Assembly (NCBI GenBank): GCA_965208125.1
Contig: OZ242320.1
Coordinates: 4,224,001 to 4,288,000 of the forward strand
DNA from: Candidatus Latescibacterota bacterium
GTDB lineage: Bacteria; Latescibacterota; UBA2968
Length of the DNA: 64,000 nt
Direction of reading: 5' to 3'
Below the pieces are notes generated by a model. The model saw nothing but the letters and a program-made list of their open reading frames with translations. It was not told the DNA's origin and ran no database searches. The translations under genes were made by a program, and so were the position numbers. The first letter of the stretch is position 1; each line of letters opens with the position of its first letter. Below are positions 50,040 through 59,321 of the stretch, in pieces.

Positions 50040-50786
50040 CTATGCCGTTTCCACTACGTTAGGACGGCGGACGGATGGGGGCGTGAGAACGCGTTTTTGT
50101 TGCTCGGTCAGGTCTTCGTAGTCTTCGTGATTGTAGTATATTGATGCGTAGGAAGCGTGGCCGGGGGTGAATTTGTAGAGTAGGGTTCTGCGTTCGTTTT
50201 CAGCAGTCCAGGGCAAGGTTCCGTGCATCGTCGCTTCTGTGAAGATGAGGGCGTCGCCTGTTTCTGCACTTGGATTGGCGAGGTAGTGAGGGATGCGCTT
50301 AAAGGAGCGAACCTCTTCAGGGACGTTGAGGGCAAAATTGGATTTGTGTGAACCGGGTACGCAGCAGAATCCGCCAGAACCTGGGGGGGCGGGTGCAAGG
50401 AAGTAGACGACTACGGTCAAGCCATTGCGCATGACGCCGTCGCGATATTTGTAATAGTGCGTACCTGCACGATGGTCCCCACCATGGAGGCCACCTTTGC
50501 GCCCACCTTGACGCATAAAGATGCCGTAGTCGTGGTCGGCACGAAATTGGGGGCCGAGGAGTTCGCTGAGGTAAGGAATCATGTTGGGGTGGTCAAACAG
50601 ATTTTGGAAGGGTTTGCCCCAGAGCGAGACTCTGCGGGGAATCTTGAGTCCGTTATTCACTTCCTCTTGGTCGGCCATTTTTTGATCGGCAATTGCATTG
50701 AGTTCGTCTACTTCGGCTTGAGAGAGTACATTTTTGACAACGATGTATCCTTGCAGGTCAAATATGAATTTTTCTTCAAGTGTCAC
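50040..50786 (-). CDS. PhyH-family Fe(II)/2OG enzyme with an HxG motif
   Basis: FDLQGYIVV, LHGG, VPGSHK, MHGT; GTG start after GGGAG. Confidence 0.88.
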   Translation of the reverse strand: MTLEEKFIFDLQGYIVVKNVLSQAEVDELNAIADQKMADQEEVNNGLKIPRRVSLWGKPFQNLFDHPNMIPYLSELLGPQFRADHDYGIFMRQGGRKGGLHGGDHRAGTHYYKYRDGVMRNGLTVVVYFLAPAPPGSGGFCCVPGSHKSNFALNVPEEVRSFKRIPHYLANPSAETGDALIFTEATMHGTLPWTAENERRTLLYKFTPGHASYASIYYNHEDYEDLTEQQKRVLTPPSVRRPNVVETA

Positions 50787-50866
50787 GGAGAATCTCCCTT
50801 TCTATATGGTCAGGTAAACCAGACCCTGGTTCGCTTCTATTTCCTCTGTTCCGTTCCCTATCTTTT

Positions 50867-50929
50867 TTAGACAACCGGCCTGATTTCAGGCGCGCGTTCC
50901 ACTTGTTCCTGCGTTAATATTTGCTCCAT
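50867..50929 (-). pseudogene. 20-codon ghost gene: PhyH-like head fused in frame to a PhyH tail
   Basis: GGAG RBS, then MEQILTQEQVERAPEIRPVV*. Confidence 0.85.
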
Positions 50930-50973
50930 TACATCTCCAGAAAATCAGTATTGATAAAAACACAGAGGGGATT

Positions 50974-52401
50974 CTAAACACTTGGCAAAGGCACAGTATC
51001 TCCTGTTTCATGTTGCCACAATCGAATCTTCGCCGCCATATCGCGAATGCGATCGCGATGTTCAGGAACATCAAACAGATTGTTTTCTTCATAAGGATCT
51101 GTATTAAGGTCGAACAACTCACACTGATCACCAGCACACAAATTCAACTTCCAGCGATCACCCGTCACCACAGATCGCCAGGGCAATGTCGCCATCAAGT
51201 TAATGCTTGGATTCCCTAAATTGCGATCGCCAATCCCATTCCACTCCATAAATGCAACGTGATCCTTCAAATCGCGCTCACCGGTGAGTGCACCAGCCAA
51301 ACTCTCCCCTTCACACTGATCTGAAACTTCAACGCCCGCCAGATCCAAAAGCGTCGGCACCAAATCCGCATGCCCAAACACACCATCGATTCGTTTCTGT
51401 TCCTTATTCAACCACGGCACACTGAGCAAAAACGGCACTCGCGCAGACTCTTCGTAAAAAGTCCGCTTTTCCATCATCGCATGATCGCCCACCATTTCTC
51501 CATGATCACTCGTGTAAGCAATAATCGTATTCTCCAGTTGCCCTGTCTCTTCCAATGCCTGAATGATCCGCCCCACAGCATCATCCACAATCTTCATATT
51601 TCCGAAGTATTGCGATCTCACTTTCCGCCATCCCAATTCCGTACTTAAATCTTCACCTGCCTCCTTCTTCGTTGCATAATGCTCTGCTCGCACCCGATTA
51701 AATCGCGAATGCCCTTCAGGCTGTTTCAAAAACGTCGGGCCAACCGGCAATTCCTCAGGATCATACAAACCGTCATACGGCCCTGTATATGGAGGGTGCG
51801 GTTCAAACGTACTGCACACCAGCAACCAGGGCTGATCGACATTTGCTCGAATAAACCGATCCGCTTCCTGCGCGACAAACGCCCCGACCTGTTGTTCCGC
51901 TGGCAAACGCGCGCGATCTCCTGCAGAAAATTGTTTCAAGTCCGGTGCCAAATGCGAGGGTGGTTCAACGCCCTGCGCCACCAACCACTCATAGTGGGAA
52001 CTCATCGGCGCATCTTGAATCGTATTCAAATGCCGCAAATTATCCTGAATACTGATCCACTCATCAAACCCATGTTGGCGAACGGTATCGTTGCCCAAAT
52101 GCCATTTGCCCATATATGCCTTGCGATATGTATCTGGCATCATTTCCGCAATCGACTTTGTATCTTCTCGTAGATGAATCCCATTCGCCACACATCCGTG
52201 CGAATGAGGGTACAACCCAGACATCAGCGTACCCCGCGATGGCGTACACACAGCCTGACCAACATACGCATTCTCAAAAACAAAAGACCGCTCCGAAAGC
52301 GCATTCAAATGCGGCGATTGAATCCAATCATTGCCGTAACACGACATGGTATCTGTGCGTTGCTGATCTGTGAACACAAAAAGAATGTTCGGTTGATTCA
52401 T
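50974..52401 (-). CDS. Sulfatase
   Basis: FTDQQR, CTPSR, GKWHLG, SDHG. Confidence 0.94.
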   Translation of the reverse strand: MNQPNILFVFTDQQRTDTMSCYGNDWIQSPHLNALSERSFVFENAYVGQAVCTPSRGTLMSGLYPHSHGCVANGIHLREDTKSIAEMMPDTYRKAYMGKWHLGNDTVRQHGFDEWISIQDNLRHLNTIQDAPMSSHYEWLVAQGVEPPSHLAPDLKQFSAGDRARLPAEQQVGAFVAQEADRFIRANVDQPWLLVCSTFEPHPPYTGPYDGLYDPEELPVGPTFLKQPEGHSRFNRVRAEHYATKKEAGEDLSTELGWRKVRSQYFGNMKIVDDAVGRIIQALEETGQLENTIIAYTSDHGEMVGDHAMMEKRTFYEESARVPFLLSVPWLNKEQKRIDGVFGHADLVPTLLDLAGVEVSDQCEGESLAGALTGERDLKDHVAFMEWNGIGDRNLGNPSINLMATLPWRSVVTGDRWKLNLCAGDQCELFDLNTDPYEENNLFDVPEHRDRIRDMAAKIRLWQHETGDTVPLPSV

Positions 52402-52496
52402 ATCTATCCCTCAAATTTGTCGTTCGCGGTATTCCCTACTTGTTAAACCAAAGAAGCTGCAATCCGTTTTCGCTCACAGTACTTTTTAATTTTCGT

Positions 52497-53846
52497 TTAC
52501 ATTTGTTTCCTGCGAAATGCGTGGGGATTTACCATTTCATATCCCCATCGATCCAACAATTCCTGCCCGTTCTCAAACGCGTCGTTCTGTTCCTTCAACA
52601 GATCCGAAAGCAAACCTTCCAGATGCGTTTCAACAGATTCTACCTCAGGCCGACCACAAAGGTTCTCCAACTGATAAGGATCTGCCTCATTGTCATACAG
52701 CAACCAGGACCCCTCCAGGTCACGCACATAAGTATAACGGCTCGTGCGAACGCCTCGATATTCCCTGCCACCATGTTCATAAGAATAATTGGCAAACGGA
52801 ACGTAGCATCCAAAAAGTGAAGCCTCCAAAGGCGCATCGGCTTCACCGAGCATGTGTTTGGCAAAACTCACCCCTTCGACGCCTTCCGGTACAGGCGCGC
52901 CCACCAGATCCAACAACGTCGGCATCATATCTGGTATGCCAAAAGGGGTGTCGATTTGGCGACTCGTCCCATCTGGCAATCGCAACAGAAAGGGAACAAG
53001 AATGGATTCATCCCAGGGCCGTATTTTCCGATCATGGCCTTGCGACCCATTCATTTCACCGTGGTCAGACGTAAACACAAGAATTGTATCCTCTGTCATC
53101 CCGAGGCGTTCAAGTGCTTCTTCAACACGCCCAACACAGTGATCAAGTGCCGTAATATGCGCATAATAACCCCACATATCATTCCGGGCAGTCGCTTCAC
53201 TCTCAGCAGGCACATTGTCTCTCAATACGATTTCATCTTCATTGTAGAGCGCTCTGTATTCTTCCGGCACTTTGTGGAAAGGGTTATGAGGCGGGCCATA
53301 TGAAACAAAAAGGAAAAAGGGATCGTCTTCATCCTGCCTGCCCTCCAGATACTCAATCGCACAATCGGTCTGTGCAAACGCATCGTATCCTTCCCACTTT
53401 TTCATAATACCCGAGTCATCATAATAGGGCGAATCGTAATAATTGTGCGAGCATTCGTGCGCGCGCCAAAAGTCAAAGCCCAACCGTCGCTCAGGTGGGA
53501 TGAAATTTTGCTCGTGGGTATCTCCGTCCAAATGCCACTTGCCAATGTATGCGGTGTCATAACCGTGTGACTTTAGAACCTCAGCGAATGTGGTCGTATT
53601 GGGCTCAAGCCGAATCTGGTTTAAAAAGATCCCATGCGTCAGTGGATATTGCCCGGTCAAAAGACAGGCACGAGCCGGACAACAAACCGGGCACGTTGAC
53701 ACAGTCGTATCCAACCGAATACTCTTTTGAGCCAGGGCATCGAGATTGGGTGTCTTAACATTTGGATCTCCCGCATACCCCGTCGCCTGTGCGCGCCACT
53801 GATCGGTCAAAATGAATACAATATTGGGCTTCTCTTTGTTGGCCAC
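52497..53846 (-). CDS. Sulfatase
   Basis: GTG start after GGGAGG; LTDQWR, CCPAR, GKWH, SDHG. Confidence 0.93.
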   Translation of the reverse strand: MANKEKPNIVFILTDQWRAQATGYAGDPNVKTPNLDALAQKSIRLDTTVSTCPVCCPARACLLTGQYPLTHGIFLNQIRLEPNTTTFAEVLKSHGYDTAYIGKWHLDGDTHEQNFIPPERRLGFDFWRAHECSHNYYDSPYYDDSGIMKKWEGYDAFAQTDCAIEYLEGRQDEDDPFFLFVSYGPPHNPFHKVPEEYRALYNEDEIVLRDNVPAESEATARNDMWGYYAHITALDHCVGRVEEALERLGMTEDTILVFTSDHGEMNGSQGHDRKIRPWDESILVPFLLRLPDGTSRQIDTPFGIPDMMPTLLDLVGAPVPEGVEGVSFAKHMLGEADAPLEASLFGCYVPFANYSYEHGGREYRGVRTSRYTYVRDLEGSWLLYDNEADPYQLENLCGRPEVESVETHLEGLLSDLLKEQNDAFENGQELLDRWGYEMVNPHAFRRKQM

Positions 53847-54040
53847 AAAAACCTCCCTACTTAATTGCACAACAATCAGAATGCAATCACGATACGAAAA
53901 AGTTGTCCATACCTCATGATAATCAAACAAATATTGATAATCAATATAGCCCAAAAAAACAATATTTGCCGTAGTTCAGAAATTAACTATTATGGGACAT
54001 GGCAGAAAAGGCTTGTAAACCATCGAATGAGGAATACCCT

Positions 54041-54808
54041 ATGGCTCTAAACGAAGATCAGCTCACCTTTTACCGACAAAACGGCTACTTGCTGGCCTCC
54101 GGCCTGATTTCTGATCAGATCGCGGCTCAAGCCGAAGCGGCGATGTGGAAGCTGATGGACATGGACGCGGGGGATGCGTCCACCTGGTCGACGGTGCCGG
54201 AGACCGCCGATACGTATAACAAAGGCAGCGGTGCGGTGATCTTTAACGGAGTGCAGGATCCCGATTTGATGGCCTGCGCCACAGACGACTACCTCAACGC
54301 TGTAGCGCAGCTGCTGGGCGAACCGATTGATTCGTTGCACTCACCCGAAGCGATCTTTGCACTAAATTTGTTGGGGCGTCCGGGGCAATGGACCATGCCA
54401 CAGCACCCGCACATCGACGGCCTCAACCCGAAGCATGTGCCCAAGACCTTTCCCGGGCCCTATCGCATCACCAGCCTCCTCTATCTAAGCGATATCGAAC
54501 CGCAGGGCGGCGGGACCTGTGTTTGGCCTGGTTCGCCCAGCAAGATACGCGCCCTGGCTGAATCCGATCCGGTCAAGTACGAGCACCTGAAAGATCTGAA
54601 CAAGGACATCCCTTCGTTAGATCTGGAACCCGGTATCGAACTGACACCGAAGCGCGGTGATATCCTTTTTTTTCAACACTTGTTCGGCCACAATGGGTCG
54701 GTCAATACTGCGGCTAAACCACGTTTTATGATGCGCTTTTTTTGTTCGTGCGAAAAATGCTACACGACTTGGTCCAAGGCGGGTCATTGGGGTTTTTGGA
54801 CGCCATAG
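54041..54808 (+). CDS. PhyH-family dioxygenase
   Basis: NGYLL, HID, WPGS, RGDILF..GHNG. Confidence 0.88.
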   Translation: MALNEDQLTFYRQNGYLLASGLISDQIAAQAEAAMWKLMDMDAGDASTWSTVPETADTYNKGSGAVIFNGVQDPDLMACATDDYLNAVAQLLGEPIDSLHSPEAIFALNLLGRPGQWTMPQHPHIDGLNPKHVPKTFPGPYRITSLLYLSDIEPQGGGTCVWPGSPSKIRALAESDPVKYEHLKDLNKDIPSLDLEPGIELTPKRGDILFFQHLFGHNGSVNTAAKPRFMMRFFCSCEKCYTTWSKAGHWGFWTP

Positions 54809-54884
54809 GCCTCATCCCATAATACCGCGTTACACAAAAGCGCGTCAACGAATCACAGAAATATCAAAAAGATTTGATTCCTTC

Positions 54885-55739
54885 TTAAACAACCGGTCTA
54901 ATCTCTGGCGCACCGTTCTCTTCACACCACGGCGTAAGTGGGCTATCTCCACCGCCAGCTTTGTACCCCTCTATCTTTGGATATCTTTCACCTACCAAAT
55001 ACCGACCCAATTCATCCAGTTTATCCATAAAGGCAGGCTCCTGGCTTCGATAATCCAGCGGCATAACCCAACGATAGCCATAACCAATCATGATCGCCTT
55101 TCGCATGTTACCCGATGTGTTTATACCTGCTGCATGCCCGGTTCGATTTTCAAAGAATAGGCAATCACCCGCCTTTAAAGAAGCTTCAACATAACCTTTT
55201 GGTCCAGGCTCTCCTTCAGGGACTTCAATGGGGTTGCTGTGGCGATTGGAGCCAGGCGCAACCAGCGTCATACCCGAGTTTGGTTCGGTCAGATCATTGA
55301 GATAAAACGCGCACTTTAACAAAACACGGGGCACATGATTTCCCAATACTTTTGTCGCTGCACCATAATCGCGATGCCATCCGACCCGCCGAACTTTCTT
55401 CGAGGGATCGGAAGAGCCTCTATAAGCAAGTTGTGATACCATCAGTTGGATGTGTGCACCCAAAAGCTGTACCGCAATCGACAGCGATTTGGCGTGGGTT
55501 AGCAGTGGAATAAAAGCATCATCTTTCACAATACAATTCTTAAAGCCCAGTCGTCCCGTGCGCATGTGTTGGTCGTCACTCGCAATCAACCGATCAGCAG
55601 CCTCAACGACCCGGTCAATCATGTCCTGATCGAGCACGTCGCGCACGATGAGATAGCCTTGCTCATCAAACTGCCTGATTTCTTGTTCTGAAAGCGCATG
55701 CCAGTCCAGATCAATCGACGATTCTGTCATCTGAGCCAT
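54885..55739 (-). CDS. PhyH-family dioxygenase
   Basis: FDEQGYL, WHRD, APGS, GHAA; ends APEIRPVV. Confidence 0.9.
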   Translation of the reverse strand: MAQMTESSIDLDWHALSEQEIRQFDEQGYLIVRDVLDQDMIDRVVEAADRLIASDDQHMRTGRLGFKNCIVKDDAFIPLLTHAKSLSIAVQLLGAHIQLMVSQLAYRGSSDPSKKVRRVGWHRDYGAATKVLGNHVPRVLLKCAFYLNDLTEPNSGMTLVAPGSNRHSNPIEVPEGEPGPKGYVEASLKAGDCLFFENRTGHAAGINTSGNMRKAIMIGYGYRWVMPLDYRSQEPAFMDKLDELGRYLVGERYPKIEGYKAGGGDSPLTPWCEENGAPEIRPVV

Positions 55740-55785
55740 TGTTTGTCCTCCATTCAACAATTTTTAAAATATAAGTTTATCGCTT

Positions 55786-57780
55786 CTATGCAGGGTTAGC
55801 GGACAGTTCAATTCTCTTCATCACCCGCTCCAATACCCACACCCTGACGATGCCGTCCCGCTGCCCACCAAGCCCGCTTGTGTAATTGTTCTTTTCGAGT
55901 TGCGCATTGTGTTCCGGTCCGAACATCTCCTGTTTATTTATGGCCTGCTCCAGGGCGGGAATAAGCGGTTTCATGGGCTGGAGTTCTTCGCGGCTGCGGT
56001 ATGACAGATAGGCACCGGCTCGTAGCCGCGCCCAGAGGATATCGCTCGACAGCGCGCGCTCAAAAGCAGGCAGGGCAAGGGCGCCTTCGCCTGCCCGCAC
56101 CAGATAGTCCCCAGCGGCCAGGCTGACGCTGATTGAGGGATCGTCAAGGAGGGGGGATAGGTGCTCGATCATCTCGCGTTCCACACCAAGTGAGCACAGG
56201 CCGGTGACAGCCCAGAAACGCACGGCGCTGTCGGGATCACCAAGTCGTTTTGCGAGTTCTTCCTTTGCTTCTTCGCCCATGCGCGCCAGGTCCGCTGTTT
56301 CCAGGATCCGCTCGTAATTATCACAGTGCGCACCGACTGCCTGACTCACACCATTGAACTGCTCAGCTCGCGCAGCAATTTCCGGTTCATCAATCAACCC
56401 CAGATCGCGGGTCTCGATCATCCAGCCGAACAATTTTTGCCGCAACTCATCCACGACGTCGCTGAAAGCGGGGTCATCTGCAAGGTTATTTATCTCTTCG
56501 GGATCGTTCTCGATGTCATACAATTCTTCAGCCGGTTTGTGATCCTGCCAGATTTGGAACTGCTGGTAGTGCTCAGGCAACCCGTCCTGTTTGATCATGA
56601 CCGGCGGGCCGAGCATCAGAAACACGCCGTCGGGGTCGTGGACCTTCTGTTTGCCCGGTAGGCAAGAGGTCTCCCAGAAGGCGCGTTCCGGCGTTCCTTC
56701 CTCGGGGACCTTCGCGAAGAACCCACCGTCTGGATAGAACGAAGCGTATGGCTGGTGGGGGAGGAAGTTGCGAAAGTAACGGTATTTTTGGGTGCGGATT
56801 GTACGGATTACTTCCGGGTTGTTGTCCAGCCGATCCCTGGCACTGCAGACGAATTCTCTCGGTTCATCTCTATTGGGACCGCACAAATTTCGGCTCTGGA
56901 TGTGTTTGGGTACAGGAACGCCTGATAGCTGCAGGGTCGTCGCACACAGGTCCATGTGCAAGACGGGTTCATCAACCGCGGTGCCGGGTTCTGCCGGAGC
57001 CAGGTGCCGGTACTTCTCCGGGAATCGCATGATCAGCGGGATATTCAGTCCGTCGTCGTAGGCGTGGATTTTGCCCCGGGGATAACCCGTGCCATGGTCT
57101 CCCCAATAGACCACAATAGTGTCTTCACTGTGCCCCTGCGCTTCAAGCTCGTCCAGGATCTCTCCTACTTGCTTATCGACGTTGGTAAGGGCGTCGTAGA
57201 AGAGCGCCATCCGTTCCCTGAACAGGGGGGTGTCGGGAACAAAGCTCGGAACCGGCACATCATTCGGGTCGTGCAACTCGTCGTCGCTCAAGAGCGAGGA
57301 ACGCGCTTTCCGCGCATCCTCGGGCGTCAGTTTGAATACACTGGCGTGGGAACTGCCCAGTCTGTAATACATGAAGAACGGCTTGTCTTCAGGGCGATTC
57401 TCCCAAAAATCTTCAGCGTTGTAATACTGTTCACGCTCATCTTTGGAGACGTATAGATTGATGTCATTGTCCGGCTGCGTGCAGGCATAACCGGCGTTTG
57501 TCAGCATTGTGTTTAACAGCTCAACCCCTGCAGGGCGGATGACCGCGCTGCGGTGATGATGCGTGCCCAGCGTGGTCGGATGCATACCGGTATAGATGCC
57601 GGTGCGCGACGGTGAGCAGATTGGGCCAGCGGTGAACGCGTTTGTGTAGCGCACACCTTCTGCCGATAGGCGGTCAATATTTGGGGTATCCGCATATTGA
57701 TCTCCGTAGCAACCGTAGTTCCAGGCACTGGAGTCGTGGTTGCTGATCCACAGGAAATTGGGTCTGTCTTGTTTTGTCAT
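55786..57780 (-). CDS. Sulfatase with C-terminal HEAT-like repeats
   Basis: CSPSR, GDHG, RDRLD; tail LGDPDSAVRFWA. Confidence 0.9.
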   Translation of the reverse strand: MTKQDRPNFLWISNHDSSAWNYGCYGDQYADTPNIDRLSAEGVRYTNAFTAGPICSPSRTGIYTGMHPTTLGTHHHRSAVIRPAGVELLNTMLTNAGYACTQPDNDINLYVSKDEREQYYNAEDFWENRPEDKPFFMYYRLGSSHASVFKLTPEDARKARSSLLSDDELHDPNDVPVPSFVPDTPLFRERMALFYDALTNVDKQVGEILDELEAQGHSEDTIVVYWGDHGTGYPRGKIHAYDDGLNIPLIMRFPEKYRHLAPAEPGTAVDEPVLHMDLCATTLQLSGVPVPKHIQSRNLCGPNRDEPREFVCSARDRLDNNPEVIRTIRTQKYRYFRNFLPHQPYASFYPDGGFFAKVPEEGTPERAFWETSCLPGKQKVHDPDGVFLMLGPPVMIKQDGLPEHYQQFQIWQDHKPAEELYDIENDPEEINNLADDPAFSDVVDELRQKLFGWMIETRDLGLIDEPEIAARAEQFNGVSQAVGAHCDNYERILETADLARMGEEAKEELAKRLGDPDSAVRFWAVTGLCSLGVEREMIEHLSPLLDDPSISVSLAAGDYLVRAGEGALALPAFERALSSDILWARLRAGAYLSYRSREELQPMKPLIPALEQAINKQEMFGPEHNAQLEKNNYTSGLGGQRDGIVRVWVLERVMKRIELSANPA

Positions 57781-57874
57781 ATATCCGATTCTCCAAAAAA
57801 AAGATTTTGTGATGATTGGGTATCAATATGCATCAGGCGATAAAAATGCTAACTGTCAATCGCGTTGTAACCCC

Positions 57875-59302
57875 TCACCATTTCTGATCTATAATCAGAA
57901 ATCCTTTCGCTTTACACAGTTCACTGTCTTTCCATCCGTAAAAGAGGAGCATGCCATCTCTTATATTTCCTTTTGGATCTTTAATCGGTTGAATATTGTT
58001 AAATTTCCAACCGGCATACTCCGGGGCACGTGGCGTCAAATCTCTCACTCTTTGCCAGGTGAATCCACTATCTGTGGAGATCCACTCTTCAATATCTCCT
58101 CCACCTCTGGAGTCCATGTTGCCACGTTTTCCTTTTATAAATTTGTGATCACCTACTATCAGATAAGCATGTAGTGTGCCACTTTCATCCTGCCTGAGAT
58201 AGCAACTGTTCCAATCATCAGTGGCAGGGGTGATAACCGTCTGTATCCATTCATGATTAATATACCTCACATAATAGTAATTGCACCTGTCGGGCACATC
58301 TTCCGATAGCACATGCAAAAAGGCCGGATTGTCATTTTCATCTATGACAATATCAGGTGGAACGCCTGCGCCTCTCCAATCGGTATTCCAAATCTTGCAT
58401 TTGTCATTTGCAGTGCCAATATCAATGGGCGTTCTGACTGTCTCGCCATCAAAATTCGCGACCTCATGCGTTTGAAGGTTGATTTTTACATAATAGAGAT
58501 TGTATTTGATCCCGAGATTCTTTTTGGTTCCATAACGAGGATTGTAAAACTTTTCTGGGATATCCTTCTTATTGTCATCATAAGAACAAAATACGGCGTG
58601 CAAAAACTTTCCATCTTTACTCGGAAAGCAAGTGTGATAAGAAGACCACTCATTCAAGTCCATCGGATCATCTACTGTTGCTGTTTCTTCCCCCATGTTT
58701 AAATCTGTGACATCATTTTCAGGCCCTGACCAGGTTTTACCTTCATTGTCTGAAATTAAATATGACCACGAACTTCTGTGTTCTCCTGTTCGGAAATAAA
58801 TCACTTGTCTATTGTCGTATATGTGATAAACCGTAGGATAAGAAAGCGAGTTTCTTATTTCAGGGGCTGGAGACCAGTCTTTTACACTGTTTCCAATATC
58901 CGCTACCTTTTTTGAGATTAAATGTGTTCCTGGCGTTCTGTGACAACCTGACAAAATATGTAAAAAGTCATCATTATCAGCCCAGATTATAGGGCAATAA
59001 TGCTGGTCGTTTGAGCCTTTGGTTCCCAGTTGTAGGGGAGACGAAAAGGACTTTGTCTCGGGGTTAAAAGAGATAACAAAAGGATATGTCTTTTCCCTGA
59101 TCTCAGCATCCATTGGTGCCCCGCCATTATAGACGATATATACTCGATTGTTGATAAAGATGGCTTGAGGGCGCTGCCTTCTGTCATAGATCATTTTTAA
59201 TTGTCCCCCACTTCCAAAGGGGACAACAGAAAAATCCATTTGTTTCTCAGTATCCACAGCCTGACCTCCAAATACAATCGGTGAAATAAGAAGGACGCTC
59301 AA
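57875..59302 (-). CDS. BNR_4 beta-propeller protein, probably 5'-truncated
   Basis: DQHYCP, SYP, Asp-boxes SDNEGKTW and STDSGFTW; begins mid-signal-peptide with no RBS. Confidence 0.75.
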   Translation of the reverse strand: MSVLLISPIVFGGQAVDTEKQMDFSVVPFGSGGQLKMIYDRRQRPQAIFINNRVYIVYNGGAPMDAEIREKTYPFVISFNPETKSFSSPLQLGTKGSNDQHYCPIIWADNDDFLHILSGCHRTPGTHLISKKVADIGNSVKDWSPAPEIRNSLSYPTVYHIYDNRQVIYFRTGEHRSSWSYLISDNEGKTWSGPENDVTDLNMGEETATVDDPMDLNEWSSYHTCFPSKDGKFLHAVFCSYDDNKKDIPEKFYNPRYGTKKNLGIKYNLYYVKINLQTHEVANFDGETVRTPIDIGTANDKCKIWNTDWRGAGVPPDIVIDENDNPAFLHVLSEDVPDRCNYYYVRYINHEWIQTVITPATDDWNSCYLRQDESGTLHAYLIVGDHKFIKGKRGNMDSRGGGDIEEWISTDSGFTWQRVRDLTPRAPEYAGWKFNNIQPIKDPKGNIRDGMLLFYGWKDSELCKAKGFLIIDQKW

Positions 59303-59321
59303 TTTCCAGGAGTGCCACCAT

